Below are positions 24,006 to 37,795 of a stretch of DNA of 64,000 bases, piece after piece; position 1 is the stretch's first letter; the number at the start of each line of letters is the position of its first letter. This DNA comes from Mobula birostris (taxonomy: Eukaryota): the NCBI RefSeq assembly GCF_030028105.1, contig NC_092384.1, forward strand, positions 12,612,316 through 12,676,315, given 5' to 3'. The translations under genes and the position numbers were made by a program. A model generated the notes under the pieces. The model did no database searches. It saw only the letters and a program-made list of their open reading frames with translations, and was not told the DNA's origin.

Positions 24006-25446
24006 TTGCTCCTGGCTGAAGGCTACGGTTACCTTATAAGATAACTGGAAAATGCACCCGAACAGGAGTATGTAACAAGTAATGTGTGTGTTTTTTTTAT
24101 GTTCACAAGTCTGCACTGGATGCCCAAGACTTCGAATGCAGCAAGTCTACGGCATCAGTGATGCTCGTTCATCTAAGAAGCGTGTTTGAGAAAGAGCAGC
24201 CGAACAGTGGGTGGGAGCAGCCTGCCGGTGTGTCGGATACGGAGCCGGCAGGCATGTCGGAGAAGGAGGAATCGGTTTGGGTTCGGAGGAGCTGACCTGG
24301 CTGTAGACCGTTGCTGCCGCTACTCAGAAACACCGCAGTTGGTGCATTATAACCGTGGGAGAATGTCGCGGACATTTCACTTGCGATCGCAAGACTCTGT
24401 TGGAAAGTGATAATGTAAGTTGACACAGATCTGTTACTCTTGTATGGTGGTGAGCAGACGAAATGGCAGCTGCGTGGCTTCGGTTGTAGCGAGCAGTCGG
24501 CTTCAAGGCTTGGACTTGCCTGCTGCTGCAGATCAGTTGAGAGGACGTAGAAGTGTTACAGTGTGTCGTCTGCGCTCGGCTGGGGCTTGGCCTCTCCTGC
24601 CTGTGCTGCCCTGCTAAGATGGAGCGGCGAAATGACAGGCTGCACGCATGCGTTTGCACACTACTGGGAGACAGTACTATCGATTGCCAAACAGTATCGC
24701 CCAGGGTGTTGGGCTTTATGTGTATGCTTTTTATGCTTCTTTGTTCGCAATTTTGGATTTTGTTACCCGTTATTTTGTTTGTCACTCGCTACCTTTGAAT
24801 GTTTTGCACCTTGGCCACAGAGAAACACTCTCTCGTTCAGCTATATGTATGATTTGAATGATAATTAAACTTGATTTGATATGATATATCTAAATTCAGA
24901 AAACAACGATTTAGTCGTGGTTTGGCTGTATATCCTGCAACAAGATGGAATTTACGCATGTGAAAACATAACTAGAGTGATAACTAGAGTGAATTGTACA
25001 TTCAGTTTCAGATAGAGAAGGAATCACGACGCATATTGAAATGAATTGTCATTTTAAGAAAAGAGATCAAACCAGCTTGTCTTCCATGGAACTAACACCG
25101 GAGGACACCAAATGTTATCTGGTAGCACAGTGGTTATCTTTCCTTTGAGGTGTTATGGCAAATGCAGTGCAGCCCCAGATGTCATGCCTTAGAGCTTCAA
25201 ATAATGGTACTTGATGGAACACCATTCCAGGGAACTACGTTGTCCTGGAAGCGTCCATGTTCTGGAGTACTGCGGGAAATCTGACCATCCAGATAATAAT
25301 CCATTCAATTTTTGATTTTTCGCTGTATATGATGGTAGCGCTTTGGGGAATCAGGAGGTAAACCGAGCCTTTAAGAATGTCATCCTTATATACGCTTTCA
25401 TGTGAGTTGGTTCAGCAGAGTTAACTAATTTTATGATGTACGCCCC

Positions 25447-25840
25447 TGTTGCAATGAACCAGGCGAACCCAAGCTCAGGACACAGGCACGGAGGTTGCGT
25501 TAGGATGTGGACGCGGGCATGAACGGTAAACAGGAGAGAGTGCGGAAAACTTATCTTGACACGAAGAGACTGAGTTTCACAGGTAATTCTCGGTACTGAA
25601 ACAAAACTTAGAACACACAGCCCTAAGCGGCCGGGAAACGTTAATTAACACACAGGCAAAACCAACGATCAGGCAACTAGTGAATGTAAAGCCGGGCTTC
25701 TTATGCTGCAGGTCTTAATGAAAACCAGGTGTGTCGTCATCAAAGGGAATTAAGACAAAATGAGGAATTAACTGTCGGAAACGTGGCGGAATCAAAGGGA
25801 ATTAGGAGAAAATGGGGAATTAACGGTCGGGACTGTGATA
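25447..25840. mobile_element. Solo LTR-like element, 394 bp, with GCCCC target-site duplication
   Basis: gcccc/TGTTGC..TGTGATA/gcccc; the right end reads TA instead of CA. Confidence 0.65.
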
Positions 25841-25845
25841 GCCCC

Positions 25846-26360
25846 AGCTTTTGCCTATAGCTTCACTATAGGAAGGATGTGGAAGCATTGGAAAGGGTAC
25901 AGAGGAGATTTACCAGGATGCTGCCTGGTTTAGAAAGTATGCATTATGATCAGAGATTAAGGGAGCTAGGTCTTTACTCTTTGGAGAGAAGGAGGATGAG
26001 AGGAGACATGACAGAGGTGTACAAGATAATAAGAGGAATAGATAGAGTGGATAGCCAGCGCCTCTTCCCCCAGGGCACCACTGCTCAATACAAGAGGACA
26101 TGGCTTTAAGGTAAGGGGTGGGAAGTTCAAGGGGGATATTAGAGGAAGGTTTTTTACTCAGAGAGTGGTTGGTGCGTGGAATGCACTGCCTGAGTCAGTG
26201 GTGGAGGCAGATACACTAGTGAAGTTTAAGAGACTACTAGACAGGTATACGGAGGAATCTAAGGTGGGGGAATCTTATATGGGAGGCAGGGTTTGAGGGT
26301 CAGCACAACATTGTGGGCCGAAGGGCCTGTACTGTGCTGTACTATTCTATGTTCTATGTT
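25846..26360 (+). mobile_element. Young CR1 3' end
   Basis: LERVQRRFTRMLPGL..LERRRMRGD and a ttctatgttctatg tail; very similar to 31109-31507 and to the reverse of 11204-11650. Confidence 0.9.
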
Positions 26361-26673
26361 TTGGATTTGTTCGATATATTGCAAATGGGATATACTTGCA
26401 TACCTTCAAGATCTGAATAGTCGGTTGCTATAGGATCCGTTCTAGAACAAATGTCTTCGGCACGTACATTACCAGATTAAGCTATGTCAAGGTTACCTGC
26501 AATTTTGTTCTATTACATGGTGTGCATCAAAGTGCGACGGACTCTATGACGTGAGTAACCTGCCCGGAATCCCAATTCTCTCCTCAGGCTGAAAAAGATC
26601 CTGAATGTTTCAGTCATGCCTAAGGAACTGGTGAACGACCTCGTCGAAGAAGCTAAGAAAAATATTCGAAATT

Positions 26674-27839
26674 TGTCATGGGGGGGGGCGTGGAAGCGGA
26701 CCCAAAAGCGAGACTGAAGTACTAGGAACAGGACTATGACTGGAGTTAGGGACATGCCAGGACACAGACTTGGTCTAGAACAGCGGGACCTGGACGAGGA
26801 ACTAGGAAATAGGAGCCTGGGCTTGGACTCCAAACCAGAGACTGGACAAGGACCCAGAACCTGGGTCTTGACTCGGGCTCGGACTCCAGATCCTGGCAAG
26901 GACAAAACATGGCTACAGATCTGGACGTGGCTAGGTTACAGGACTGGACGTGGAACTCCTGCACAGGATGAGAACCCAAAGCCTTGGGTTGGACTAGACG
27001 AGGTAATTGGACGTGGCTTGGTCTAGACGAGGTACTTGGATGTGGCTTGGTCCAGACGAGGTAATTGGACGTGGCTTGGTCCAGACGAGGTAATTGGATG
27101 TGGCTTGGACTAGACGAGGTACTTGGACGTGGCTTGGACTAGACGAGGTACTCCTGCACTGGGCGAGGCACAAGGACAGGACGAGACCCCGAAGCCTTGG
27201 GAGACAAGAACGCAGAACACAGAGCCTTGGTCTTGGGAGACAGGAACGCAGAACACAGAGACTTGGTCTTGGGAGACAGCAACATGGAACACAGAGCCGG
27301 GACCTCTTCTTGGGAACAGGACGTAGAGAGAGACAGTTCACAGCACAAGGTAGCAGCAAACGGCTGGACCTACATAGCGAAGGCGTGGACACAGAGACGG
27401 TTCCCAACACAAGGTAGCGGCAAACAGCCGGACTTGCCTAGCGAAGGTGTGGACACAGAGACAGTTCCAAAGAATGATAGACAGTTCCTTACCTAGACAC
27501 AGCATGACTCCGGTCTTGCTCCGGCTGTAGAATGATACAGGTTCATGCCGAGGTTGCAGGCAAGGCTCCAGGTCGAGGTTGCAGGCTGAGACTTCAGGCG
27601 GAGGTTGCAGGCAGAGGCCTCAGTTGGAGGCCTCAAGCAAGCTTTAGTAGGAAGATGAAGAGGAAGGTGAAAGGAACAGTCCAGCAGCCAGAGGCTGAAT
27701 CCTGAATCTATTTATGAAGGCAGCCCAAACGAGAATCAGGTGCCTCAACGGAAACTGGGAAGAACTGGTAAACCTGGAATGAGGAACGATGGATCGGACC
27801 ATGAAGCAGAATGCGGACTTCATGGACTGGACCATGACA
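26674..27839. mobile_element. LTR-type element (TGTCATG..CATGACA) with internal 29-bp and 36-bp minisatellites
   Basis: 7-bp inverted termini; flanks aaatt/aaact (5-bp TSD with one mismatch); same family as 32171-33418. Confidence 0.8.
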
Positions 27840-28228
27840 AAACTCGTACTTCTATTAGCTGTCTGATTGTCCACCACCACATCATGTCGCATGATACTAA
27901 CATTTTTCTGCAACTTTTTTGTCTGAGGGATTGGGGAGTTCCCATTATCTCATGTTCATTTAAAATGATTGTCTATTGAAGTTTTGCAAAGAGGGCACAG
28001 CATTTTAGTTCACATAGACAATTCATTGGAAACCTTTCTACTAGTTCACTTAAGGCAATGATCACCTGCCGGATTGAAATGATAGAGTAGAGAAAACGCC
28101 ATACATATGGAGGCATATGTTTCTACCTCATACGGCCTGTCATGCCTAATGACTGCTCAGTTATGATATACCTGCTCCACCTTGAAACATTCTTGTCTGT
28201 GAACCATATACACACCGGGCCATTCCAT

Positions 28229-28256
<28 letters not shown>
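28229..28256. repeat. (TG)14 microsatellite
   Basis: Read directly. Confidence 0.95.
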
Positions 28257-28259
<3 letters not shown>

Positions 28260-28689
28260 TAAATTTATTTGTTTAACAAATTTATAAAGAGATCTTGAGC
28301 ACCTTTACCAGTCATGTGAATCTGAATTCCCAGGACATAACAATTTTGAAATGATTCGGCATTCAAAAAGAACACCCGTGGTGCTGTCATCGAGGATTTG
28401 ATTTCGGAAAGTTTAATCACAAAATCAAAGATTGTCTTCTACTGCCGAAAGACTTCCTGAAATTGAAACCGTAAATGTTTATGCACTACATAAAATAAAA
28501 TTACATTTCTTGTTTTTTTAATCCCATGAAAGGCTTCTTTTCCAGCAGAAAGATCATAAGCTATCAACTTATTTACACAACCTAAGTTGGGAGTGATAGG
28601 TGTGATGTAATTGAACTGATTATTAATGTATTTGATTAATAATATGCCCAATTCTAATAAGATCCTATAGTCTCCAATAGTTGACTTTA

Positions 28690-29420
28690 TAGCTTATGAT
28701 ACAAAAGTGGGTGTCCTCACCGGCAACAATAATGAGTTGGCATTCAGAGAGGAAATAGACCTAACAGGTACAGAGGCTATTGTCAAATGGCGTGTGAACA
28801 ACAACCTCAGACTTATCGTGAACCTGAAAATCATTCTTGGCAACGATTGTGGCCTTCAGGAAAACGTAGCCGACTACTCTCTTGTGCATATCAATGCGTC
28901 TTCCGTGGAGAAAGTAAAGAGTACAATGTTCCTTGGGGTGCACGTAAGGGATGATCTTACCTGGACCCACAGTGCCTCCTCAATCAGTCAAGAAGACACA
29001 AAAGTATCGACATTTTCTGAAGAGACTAAGGCGTTCAAGTCTCCTCGCCCCAATTCTAAGAACTTCCTAAATGAGCACCATCGAGAGTATCCTGTCAGCT
29101 GCATCATTACTTGGTACGAATGCTGCAAGGCATACGTCTGCAGGGCATACGTCCACAAGGCTCTAGAGAGGATAATAAAAGCGCCGAGATGATCACTGGG
29201 GTGTCCCGTTACGTATTTAGCCTATTTATGTTATTTATTTCATGTTTACTTGTGCTCTGCAGTTCAAATGCATTTTGAATTATATTTTATCGATGTATTT
29301 GTGGTAATATTGTATTTTATCTGCTGTGTATTACTTATGCATTGTGAGTGCACTGTGGTCGGAAGGTAAGTTGTTTCACTTGGTTGCAGATATATGGTCA
29401 GATGACAAAACACTTGAAAA
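28690..29420 (+). mobile_element. L2-clade LINE 3' remnant
   Basis: VEKVKSTMFLGVHVRDDLTW and SCIITWYECC. Confidence 0.7.
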
Positions 29421-29699
29421 TGTAATTATGATCATTCTGAAATTTTACCTGAATAAAGTCGTTTTGTTTTGTAACAAAATGCAACAAATTCTTTGCAATA
29501 GAAATGAAATTACTTAAGCAGAGACGTCCAATAGGAAAAATAGGAATTATTTCAGATTCGCAAACGGTGATGGAAATATAAATTTTAAATTAAATGTATA
29601 TTCGTTTTTGCACAAATGAAAAAATTTGCTCTTTTAAAATTTATTCTTGGAGACCATGGATTACTTGCCCATTTCTGTTGTCCTTGACAAAATATTCAT

Positions 29700-31010
29700 T
29701 GTAACACACACAACAAGCTGAAGGAACACAGCAGCTCAGGCAGCATCTATGGTAATGAATAAAATGTCGACATTTCAGGCTGAGGCCCGTCATCAGGACT
29801 GGATAAGAAAGGAGGCGATGTCAAAATAAAAAGATGAGCAGGGTGAGGAAGACAAGCCGGATGGTGTGAGGTGAGGCCAGGTGAGTGAAAGAGCATAAAT
29901 GAAAAAGCTGGACAGTGATAGCTGGAAAAGGCAAAGGGCGGGAGTAGAAGGAAACTGTTAGGAAAGCAGAGTGGATCATGGGAGAAAGGAAAAGATGCAG
30001 GGCACTAGCAGAGGCGATAGATAAGCGAGGAAAATAGGTAAGAGGCCAGAGTGTAGACATGAAGAAGGAAAGCAGGACAAAATTTACCGGATGTTCATGC
30101 TATAAGGTTGGGCGCTACTTCAAGGGAATATAAGCCTGGGAGAGGCCTCCATGGCAGAAACTGAGGTGAAGAACCGACCTGTATGAACGGGAATGGGGAA
30201 TGGAATTGAAATGGTTGGACTGCGGGAAGAGCTGCTTTTTTGCAGATGGAGCTGGGCGTCTCGGAAAAAAAGGCCTCCCAATCTATTTCGGATCTCAATA
30301 ATGTAGAGGAGACCGCTTTAGGAACGCTGTATACAGCTTCACCAGCAAGTACTGTTTGGGGCCCTGAATTGAGATGAGGGTAAAGGTGAATGGACATGTG
30401 TAGTACTTCCTCGGCTTGCAGACATAATTCCGAGAAGTCTGATTAGCGTGGAAGGTCGAATGGACAAGGAAATCACGGAAGGAGTGATCCCTGCGGAAAC
30501 CGGGAAACTGGGGAAAAGTAACTATATATTTGGTGGTACGATTCGGTTGAAGATGTTGGAAGTTGCGGAGAATGATATGTTGGATTTGAATGCGCATGGA
30601 ATGAATAGGTGACAATTCTATCTTTGTCAAAGAAGCTGGAAGATAGGTTGAGCAAGGGCGGAGAATGAGGAGAAAAGTGTCAGAAAATGTGATTTTTAAG
30701 GGCAGCGTCAGAGTTACAGGCAAGGTTCGTGAAATTGATGAGCTCGGCATAAATGCGTGAATCAATGCAGTTGTCAATGTAGCGTAGAAAGAATTGGGAA
30801 GCATTGCAAGTGGAAGTTTGGAACACGTAGCCAACAAAAAGGCAGGCATAGCAGCGACAAATGCGGGTGCCCATGGATGCAAATTGCGTTTGGAGAAAGT
30901 GGGAAAGAAATTGCTTAGAGGCTCTTCTGCCGGGCGGAGGAAGGTGATGATGGAGGGGAAATGGTCGGGTCTGCTGTCAAGAAAGTAGTTGAGAACACTA
31001 AAGGCCTCTT
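29700..31010 (-). mobile_element. Degenerate Penelope-like fragments
   Basis: FFLRYIDNCID, GFRRDHSFRDFLVHST, and the terminal repeat at the left end. Confidence 0.72.
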
Positions 31011-31108
31011 AATGGTGAATTGAAATGACCCACATTTGGACATGTGGGATTGGACATCCATACTGAAAATGAGGCGATCAAGGCCAGGGAATTGAAAGTA
31101 ACCAACGA

Positions 31109-31507
31109 GATCGAGAGCTAGGGTTTTTCTCTTTGGAGAGAAGGAGGATGAGAGGAGAGATTATAGAGGTGTACAAGATAATAAGAGGAATAGATAGAGT
31201 GAATAGCCAGCGCCTCTTCCCCAGGGCACCACTGCTCAATACAAGAGGACATGGCTTTAAGGCAAGGGGTGGGAAGTTGAAGGGGGATAATAGAGGAAGT
31301 TTTATTGACTCAGAGAGTGTTTGGTGCGTGGAATGCACTGCCTGAGTCAGTGGTGGAGGCAGATACACTAGTGAAGTTTAAGAGACTACTATACAGATAT
31401 ATGGAGGAATTTAAGGTGGGGCCTTATATGCGAGGCAGGGTTTGAGGGTCTGCACAACATTGTGGGCCGAAGGGCCTGTACTGTGCTGTACTATTCTATG
31501 TTCTATG
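31109..31507 (+). mobile_element. Young CR1 3' end
   Basis: ERRRMRGEIIEVYKIIRGIDRV plus the ttctatg tail. Confidence 0.9.
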
Positions 31508-32170
31508 TGAAATGTGGCGGATGTAGGGACTGATCCAAGAGTATAAGATGAAGTCAAGATATGTGAGCACGTGTTCAGTTGAACAGGAACATGCAGAACA
31601 ATGGGCTCACCCGGACATTTAGGTTTGTGGATGATGGGCAGGAGGGAGAAATAGGAGTGTACTTGTTAACCACCGGTCTATCTAGAGAAAATTATTCCAG
31701 AGTACAGATGACTATCGGATACCGGGATTTTTCAATATCAAGAAGAAGCGCGGGAGATATAATGTACATTATTCCGAAAAAAATCTCCTTCTTGGAGATA
31801 GAGGTTGCTGTTTTGCGGGACCGTGTTCAATTAGAATAAGCGAACACCTGTGGCGTGTATCCAGAAGGTTATACACTACAGTCTATGTGCAGGTGTGTTA
31901 GATGAAAGTTGTTCAATGGTTACTAACCAAACGGTTAGTGATATGGTGATTCTTCCGAATCGTTTCAATTTTTTCGGCTGGACAGTAGCATGTACAATAT
32001 ATTGAAGTGGCCCAGAGGTCTTGAAATTTGGATTGTTCGCCGCAGGTACTCTAGCTTCCATAGTCAGTGCATTTTTGTTTTGTTTGGCTTAATGAATTAA
32101 CTTTTGGGCCAACACTGTGTAGATTGCTGGCATGGAATATCATTTGTAGACTATTTTTAAACACCCAGAT

Positions 32171-33418
32171 TGTCATGGGGGGTGGGGTTGCTGGGAGTGC
32201 GCCAAAATGCAAGACACAGACACTGAAGTACTAGGAACAGGATAGGGCTAGAGACTAGAGTTAGGGACGTGACTGGATGCAGAATAGGAAGTGGGATAAG
32301 AACACAGAATTGGGCTAGGGCATTGGATAGGCTTGCAGGACCAGGACTAGGAACTGGGAACTAGGAGCCTGGGCTTGGACTCCGAGCCACAGACTGGACA
32401 AGGACCCAGAACCTGGGTCTTGATTGGGGCTCGACCCCGGAACTAGGAGGACATGACGTGGCTATAGGACTGGACATGGTTTGAGTTCCTCGAGGCTTTG
32501 GTTCTTCGTGGCTTGGGTTCCTCGAGACTTGGGTTCTTCGTGGCTTGGGTTCTTCGTGGCTTTGGTTCCTCGAGGCGAGAACATGATGAGGCTTGGGTTC
32601 TTCGAGGCGAGGACATGATGAAGCTTGGGTTCGGACTTCGAGCCAGAGAATGGACAAGGACCCAAAACCTGGGTCTTGACTCCGGCTCGGACTCCGGAAG
32701 TAGGCAAAGACATGACGTGGTCTTGGGAGGCAGGAGCCTTGGACGAGGACTGGACGCTCGGAGCCTTGGTCTAGAGCATGGGAACGCGGAGCCTTGGACT
32801 TGAGAGAAAGAAACATGGAACACAGAGCCGGGACCCCTCCTTGGGAACAGGACGTAGGGCCGGGACTCATACACAGAATGCTGAACACGACGAGACGGTT
32901 CCCTACACTAGGTAGCGGCAAACGGCCGGACCAACCTAGAGCAGGAGTGGACACAGAGACGGTTCCCAACATTAGGTAGCGGCAGATGGCCGGACCTACC
33001 TAGCGAAGGCGTTCACACAGAGACAGTTCCAACTCAAAGATAGACAGTTCTTTATCTTGACACAGCGAGACTCCGGTCTCGCTCTGGTGTTTCAACTTGA
33101 CAAGGTTGCGGGCAAGGCTCCAGACACAGGTTGCAGACAAGGCTACAGATGGAAGGGGAAAGGAAGGAACAGATCCAACCGTAGAGTAACAGCAAAGACG
33201 GCCTGACTTACCCCACGGAGGCGAGGATGGGATACTGACAAGACGAACCAGCAACCACACTCGAACCCAGGACCACTTATATTCCCAGCCCCTAGACGAG
33301 CATCAGATGTGAATGATTAAGCCCAAATGAAAGAAGAGACAGCCCGAAGACCTAGAGTCTGGAGTACACGGACCGGGCCGTGAACCGGAACACTGAATTC
33401 ATGAACTGGACCATGACA
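32171..33418. mobile_element. LTR-type element (TGTCATG..CATGACA) with perfect CAGAT TSD and a 16-bp minisatellite
   Basis: cagat/TGTCATG..CATGACA/cagat; six gcttgggttc(c/t)tcg(a/t)g-type units at 32479-32574. Confidence 0.85.
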
Positions 33419-34199
33419 CAGATTCACTTTTATTCGAGACTGTCATTGTCAGGTTGTGGCGCGGAAGTTTCTTGGCACTTTTCGAACAATGCCTGAATGC
33501 TCTGCTAGTCTTTTTACACGAAAATATTAATCGTTTCACCAGTTAATCAGTTCACTCCATGTGCTGAAAGGCACGTGTAGTTAAAATATGCATCAAATTT
33601 AATTACAGCTTAATTCCGAGTTAAAGTTAAAGTCCTTATGAGAAATACTCAGCTGGTGAAGCGATATTTGCCGGGAACACTTTGCAGGCAATCTCTCACG
33701 TTGATAATGGCCGTTGTTTAGAATTTAGTTATAAACATTGGTTATAAAAGCTTCTCCATATTCCAAACTTTAATTCTGCATCCATGGAAATCAAAAATTT
33801 ACATGCTGTCCATCTATGTTTAGAAAATACTCGACAATAGTGTGCACTGAATTACGTAAAAAAAATCTAACACTTCCTCACCTTGACTTCATTTTTATCT
33901 TTCTCTGATTTGAACATTCCTTCTGCTTTCAAAAATGCGAAACCCAGCACTGGAGAATACAGCTAGCAGAAGTATCATCTTGACATTTCCCTGTTCAGTC
34001 CCCGAGAGAATAATTGAACAGCATCATCTTTCATTATTTTGAAATTCTGGAGAGTATAGCCAAATCCGGTTAATCCCAATCACAAAGGGCAATACTTCAT
34101 GTCAGTAATCAATCAGACTTGTGCATGCATTTCTGTAGGGTTCTGCACTCTTCTATGAATGAAATTCACTATTTAACTGAATAGGCTCTTTTAAGTTAA

Positions 34200-35250
34200 A
34201 GAAGATGGCGCTCGCGGTGTACGCGACGTTTTGCGCAGTTCAAAAACTACGAGATATAAATCTCCTGAACTGCTCTTGCTGAAATATGCAATCTGCAATC
34301 AACGGGTGAATTCATCAGAAAGTGAAGAATACGCCACGGCTGTCACGGACTTTATGAAGACACTCGGGGACGAGTGTGCTCACACAAAATTGTTCAGAGA
34401 CTTCCCCAACTAGAAGTCCTGGATGTTTCAAGAAAGCCGCTATCTGCTGAGGCCTAGATCAGTTGTGTTCAGGACTGGCGATGCTGGAAAGTAAAAGAGG
34501 TCCAAATATGACCTCTGGAAAGCTACCTCACGTGCATCGTGAGAATTCCGGACCAAACGAATTTCAGATGGATTCTCGACAGAAGTGGAAGGACTTGAAT
34601 GCCAATCCAATAGCAAAACCAGCAACATCAGTGACAACAATGTTTCGCACCCAGATTAGCTTTGACTGACAGAACACGGAGGCATCTTCACAAACTCTCA
34701 CAGCTCCTGAAAAACTTGTGATCTCTGTTTCTAGGACGAAGAGAAAATATCCTTGAGGAGGGTAAACCCGCAGAAAGGATCTGGCTCAGACAGTATACCT
34801 GACTGAGTACTGAATACCTGTGACAAATAACTGGTTGGACTGTCCACTGACATCTTCAACTTCTTGCTTCGGCAGTCAGAGGTATCTACCTGCTTCAAAC
34901 AGGCTTTAAACAAACTGGTAATCATAAGACTGTGGTAACCTGCCTCAATGAATATCGTCCAGAAGCACTTACATTAAGTGTGATGAAGTGCCTTGAGAGG
35001 TTGATCATGAAACTTATTAACACTTGTCTGAGGAATGACTTAGATCCGCTCCAATTTGTCCACCATCACAGCAGATTAAAATCAGGTGCCGTGTCACTGG
35101 CTCTTCATTTAGCCCTGGAACACTGAGACAATGAAGATGTATATACCAGGATGTTCATGACTCACTACTGTTCAGTATTCAACATCATTCCCTTGAACCT
35201 AACCATCAAATTCTAAGACCTAGGCCTCGAAGCCTTCTTGTGCAACAGGA
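34200..35250 (+). mobile_element. L2-clade LINE RT remnant
   Basis: CLNEYRPEALTLSVMKCLERLIM..LDPLQF. Confidence 0.7.
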
Positions 35251-36127
35251 TCCTCTTGCATACCCTATTTAACGTGGATTGGAAACAATAATTTCGATTA
35301 CATTTCACTTCCCTAGTAAGTTACAGGGCTAGGTAAAATCATCAGCCTCAAATAGTTTCGTTTGCGTTGGGAAAGTGTCAGTCCCGAAAAGTGTTCCGCC
35401 AAGTCAAACTAATCTAATCTTCCGTGACAGTGTTATTTTCAAATATATGAGGTTATTATTGGAAAACACTTCAAGCACCTTTGATACTTCGTATAATATT
35501 GTATTGATACATCCACATAAACCAAAACCTATTTAATTTCCATTTAAACGACAATTACGCCAATGCCAGCACAGTTCAATGTTCAATGATAGCCACAGTG
35601 CAACATCTTGTCGTAAATATTATACAGTTGATTAGAAGTGCCAGAATAGCACTTCCTTAAAATCAGAATACCAGCGTTTCATTCATTTTTTCCCCTCATA
35701 TGACAATGTTCCACACAGTATTAATTTTGCATAAAGGACATGACTTGTAACGTTCAAATTGTCGTTCCTATATAACACCATGCTGTAATTAGATAACACA
35801 ATATTTATGTGTAATAATCAAATATGAAACAGCAAACTGTAAACTATTATTTTGCCTCAATATATCCACCTTTTTCTGCAAAACATCATATTAATCTTTA
35901 AGCATAACCTGATAAATCTGGAATTTGGTTCAGTAATCGACTGTGAATCATGAGTTCTTAAATTACGCTTAACTGAATGAAGGCTATCTGCATCCCGGAA
36001 CAGGACAACATTCTGGCAATGTTACATATTGCACATAATTTTCAAAAGAATAATATTAAATAAAATATCAAACTGGGAGCCTATTGAATCTCTGAAATGT
36101 TGTTGCTGATGTTTTACTTTGCAGTGA

Positions 36128-36815
36128 TTGAACTGAATTGACTTTATTTCTTCCATCCTTCATATACATCAGGAGTAAAAATACTTACGTTACGTCTCCG
36201 TCTAAATGTGCAATGTGCAATTTATAGTAACTTATAATAAATGGCATGTACAACAGGATCGTCAGTATAACATAGAAATACAGTTGTATCAGCATGAGTT
36301 AGGAAATCTGATGGCCTGCTAGAAGAAGATGTCCCGGAGCCTGTTGGTCCTGGCTTTTATGCTGCAGTATCGTTTCCCGGATGATAGCAGTTGGAATAGT
36401 TTGTAGTTGGGGTGACTCGGGTCCCCAATGATCCTCCTGGGCCCTTTTTACACACCTGACTTGTAACTGTCCTTAATAGTGGGAAGTTTATATGTGCAGA
36501 TGCTGTGAAGTTTATACGTACAGATATCTGCACCAAACTCTGCAGAGTCCTGCGATTGAGGGAGGTACAGTTTCCAAACCAGGCAGTGATGCAGCCAGTC
36601 AGGATGCTCTCAGTTATGCCCCAATAGAAACTTATTAGGATTTGGCGATCCACACAAACTTCTTCAAACGTATGAGGGGAAAGAAGCACTTTTATGCCAT
36701 TTTCACCACACAGCCAGTACGTACCACGTGACTACGTGAGATCCTCGGTGATGTTTATGCCGAGGAACGTAGAGCTGTTCAACCTCTTAACCCTACATCC
36801 ATTGATATCAATAGG
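36128..36815 (-). mobile_element. L2 3' fragment specific to duplication unit 2
   Basis: FYWGITESILTGCITAWFGNC and FLGINITEDLT; copy 1 has the empty site actttgaagtgatatatcccag. Confidence 0.8.
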
Positions 36816-36914
36816 GATATATTCCAGATTGTGTGCACTCGACTTCTGGACAACAAACATTCCGAAAGATGTTGCTCTCAGCGGTCTGGTGCTGTAGATT
36901 TTTCCCAATGTCGA

Positions 36915-37795
36915 TGTTACGTAACCGGCAACAATGAATATTAATCGAGACAGGTTATATAAAAACAACCAAACAATTATTAAACACGGATAAAAAATAA
37001 AAAAAAAACAAACAAAAACCTTAACCGGAAGTTAACCGCTAAGCAGCCGTTCAACAAATCGTCACTCAGTACAGGTTGTTAAAACGTTAAATGCGTAAAC
37101 AGTTCTTAAAGCGGTAAAGTCAGATATAGTTCTTAAAATGGTAAATTCGAAAGTCCAACAGATTTATACGTTCAATTGGGAGAGACTTCTCTGGAGAAAG
37201 ATTTCTTCATAGACGCGAATTTTCTGCTGGTTCTGTCCAAAGGATTCACGATGCAGTAAATAAATAGTTTAAAACAACTGACCTTAAATTCTAGAGCGAG
37301 CAAGCCTTGCATGATCTCTGCTCTTTTGGCAAGAGTTATTCTCTAAGCAGGTCGCTACTCCTTCAACAAAGACTCAGTAAGGTCGATCCTTTGTTAAACT
37401 GCCGAATGATACTGACTCCTCTCAATCCTTCGGGTCCTGTACTTTGATAAAGTCTTCACTCTCCCTTCTACTGCTGGAATAAGGTACATCAACACATCTA
37501 GCAAAAATTTCCAGTCCAATAATATTGTACTTAGCAACAGAACGCAACACTTCGTTTTAAAAATGAAACTGCGTCATAAAAACAAATACGCAACAGAAAC
37601 GGAGACACTGTACGTTCTAGCTGGAAATCTAAAAACTACAAACTAACTGCGTCACCTGGGGTCTTCCCTTATATACCCGTGGTGCACATGTCGTCACGTG
37701 ACCTCACATCGGCGGGAAAATTACATCAGGTGACCTCCAAAAGACCATTACATCATTCTCACAAAAAAACACAGATCGCCTTGAGGTATGTAACA
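36915..37795. mobile_element. Solo LTR, 881 bp, with GTCGA target-site duplication
   Basis: gtcga/TGTTAC..GTAACA/gtcga; empty site in copy 1 at about 6870-6900 (gtttcccatgtcaacccatagatatttgg). Confidence 0.85.

Noticed and set aside
25012-25148. Phase-1 candidate terminal exon for copy 1 (DREGITTHIEM..WLSFL*)
   Set aside because: It has an acceptor-like tttcag but no signalling motif or clear paralog; an open frame this short is expected by chance.
26990-27150. 29-bp repeats as a CRISPR array
   Set aside because: The units are head-to-tail with no unique spacers and lie inside an LTR-type element.
26994-27417. ORFs of 107-138 aa on both strands, and similar ones at 32361-32979
   Set aside because: They are low-complexity translations of minisatellites with no domain motifs.
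31701-31901. Open frame ending RLYTTVYVQVC* (ITSM-like) as a tail exon of copy 1
   Set aside because: The acceptor is weak and would be phase 0 while exon 4 ends in phase 1; it adjoins Penelope debris and has no homolog in copy 2.
6263-35640. CACAGTG heptamers (near 6263, 25126, 35593) as V(D)J recombination signals
   Set aside because: No ACAAAAACC-like nonamer at 12 or 23 bp, and none flanks the V exons. This was a manual check, not an exhaustive scan.
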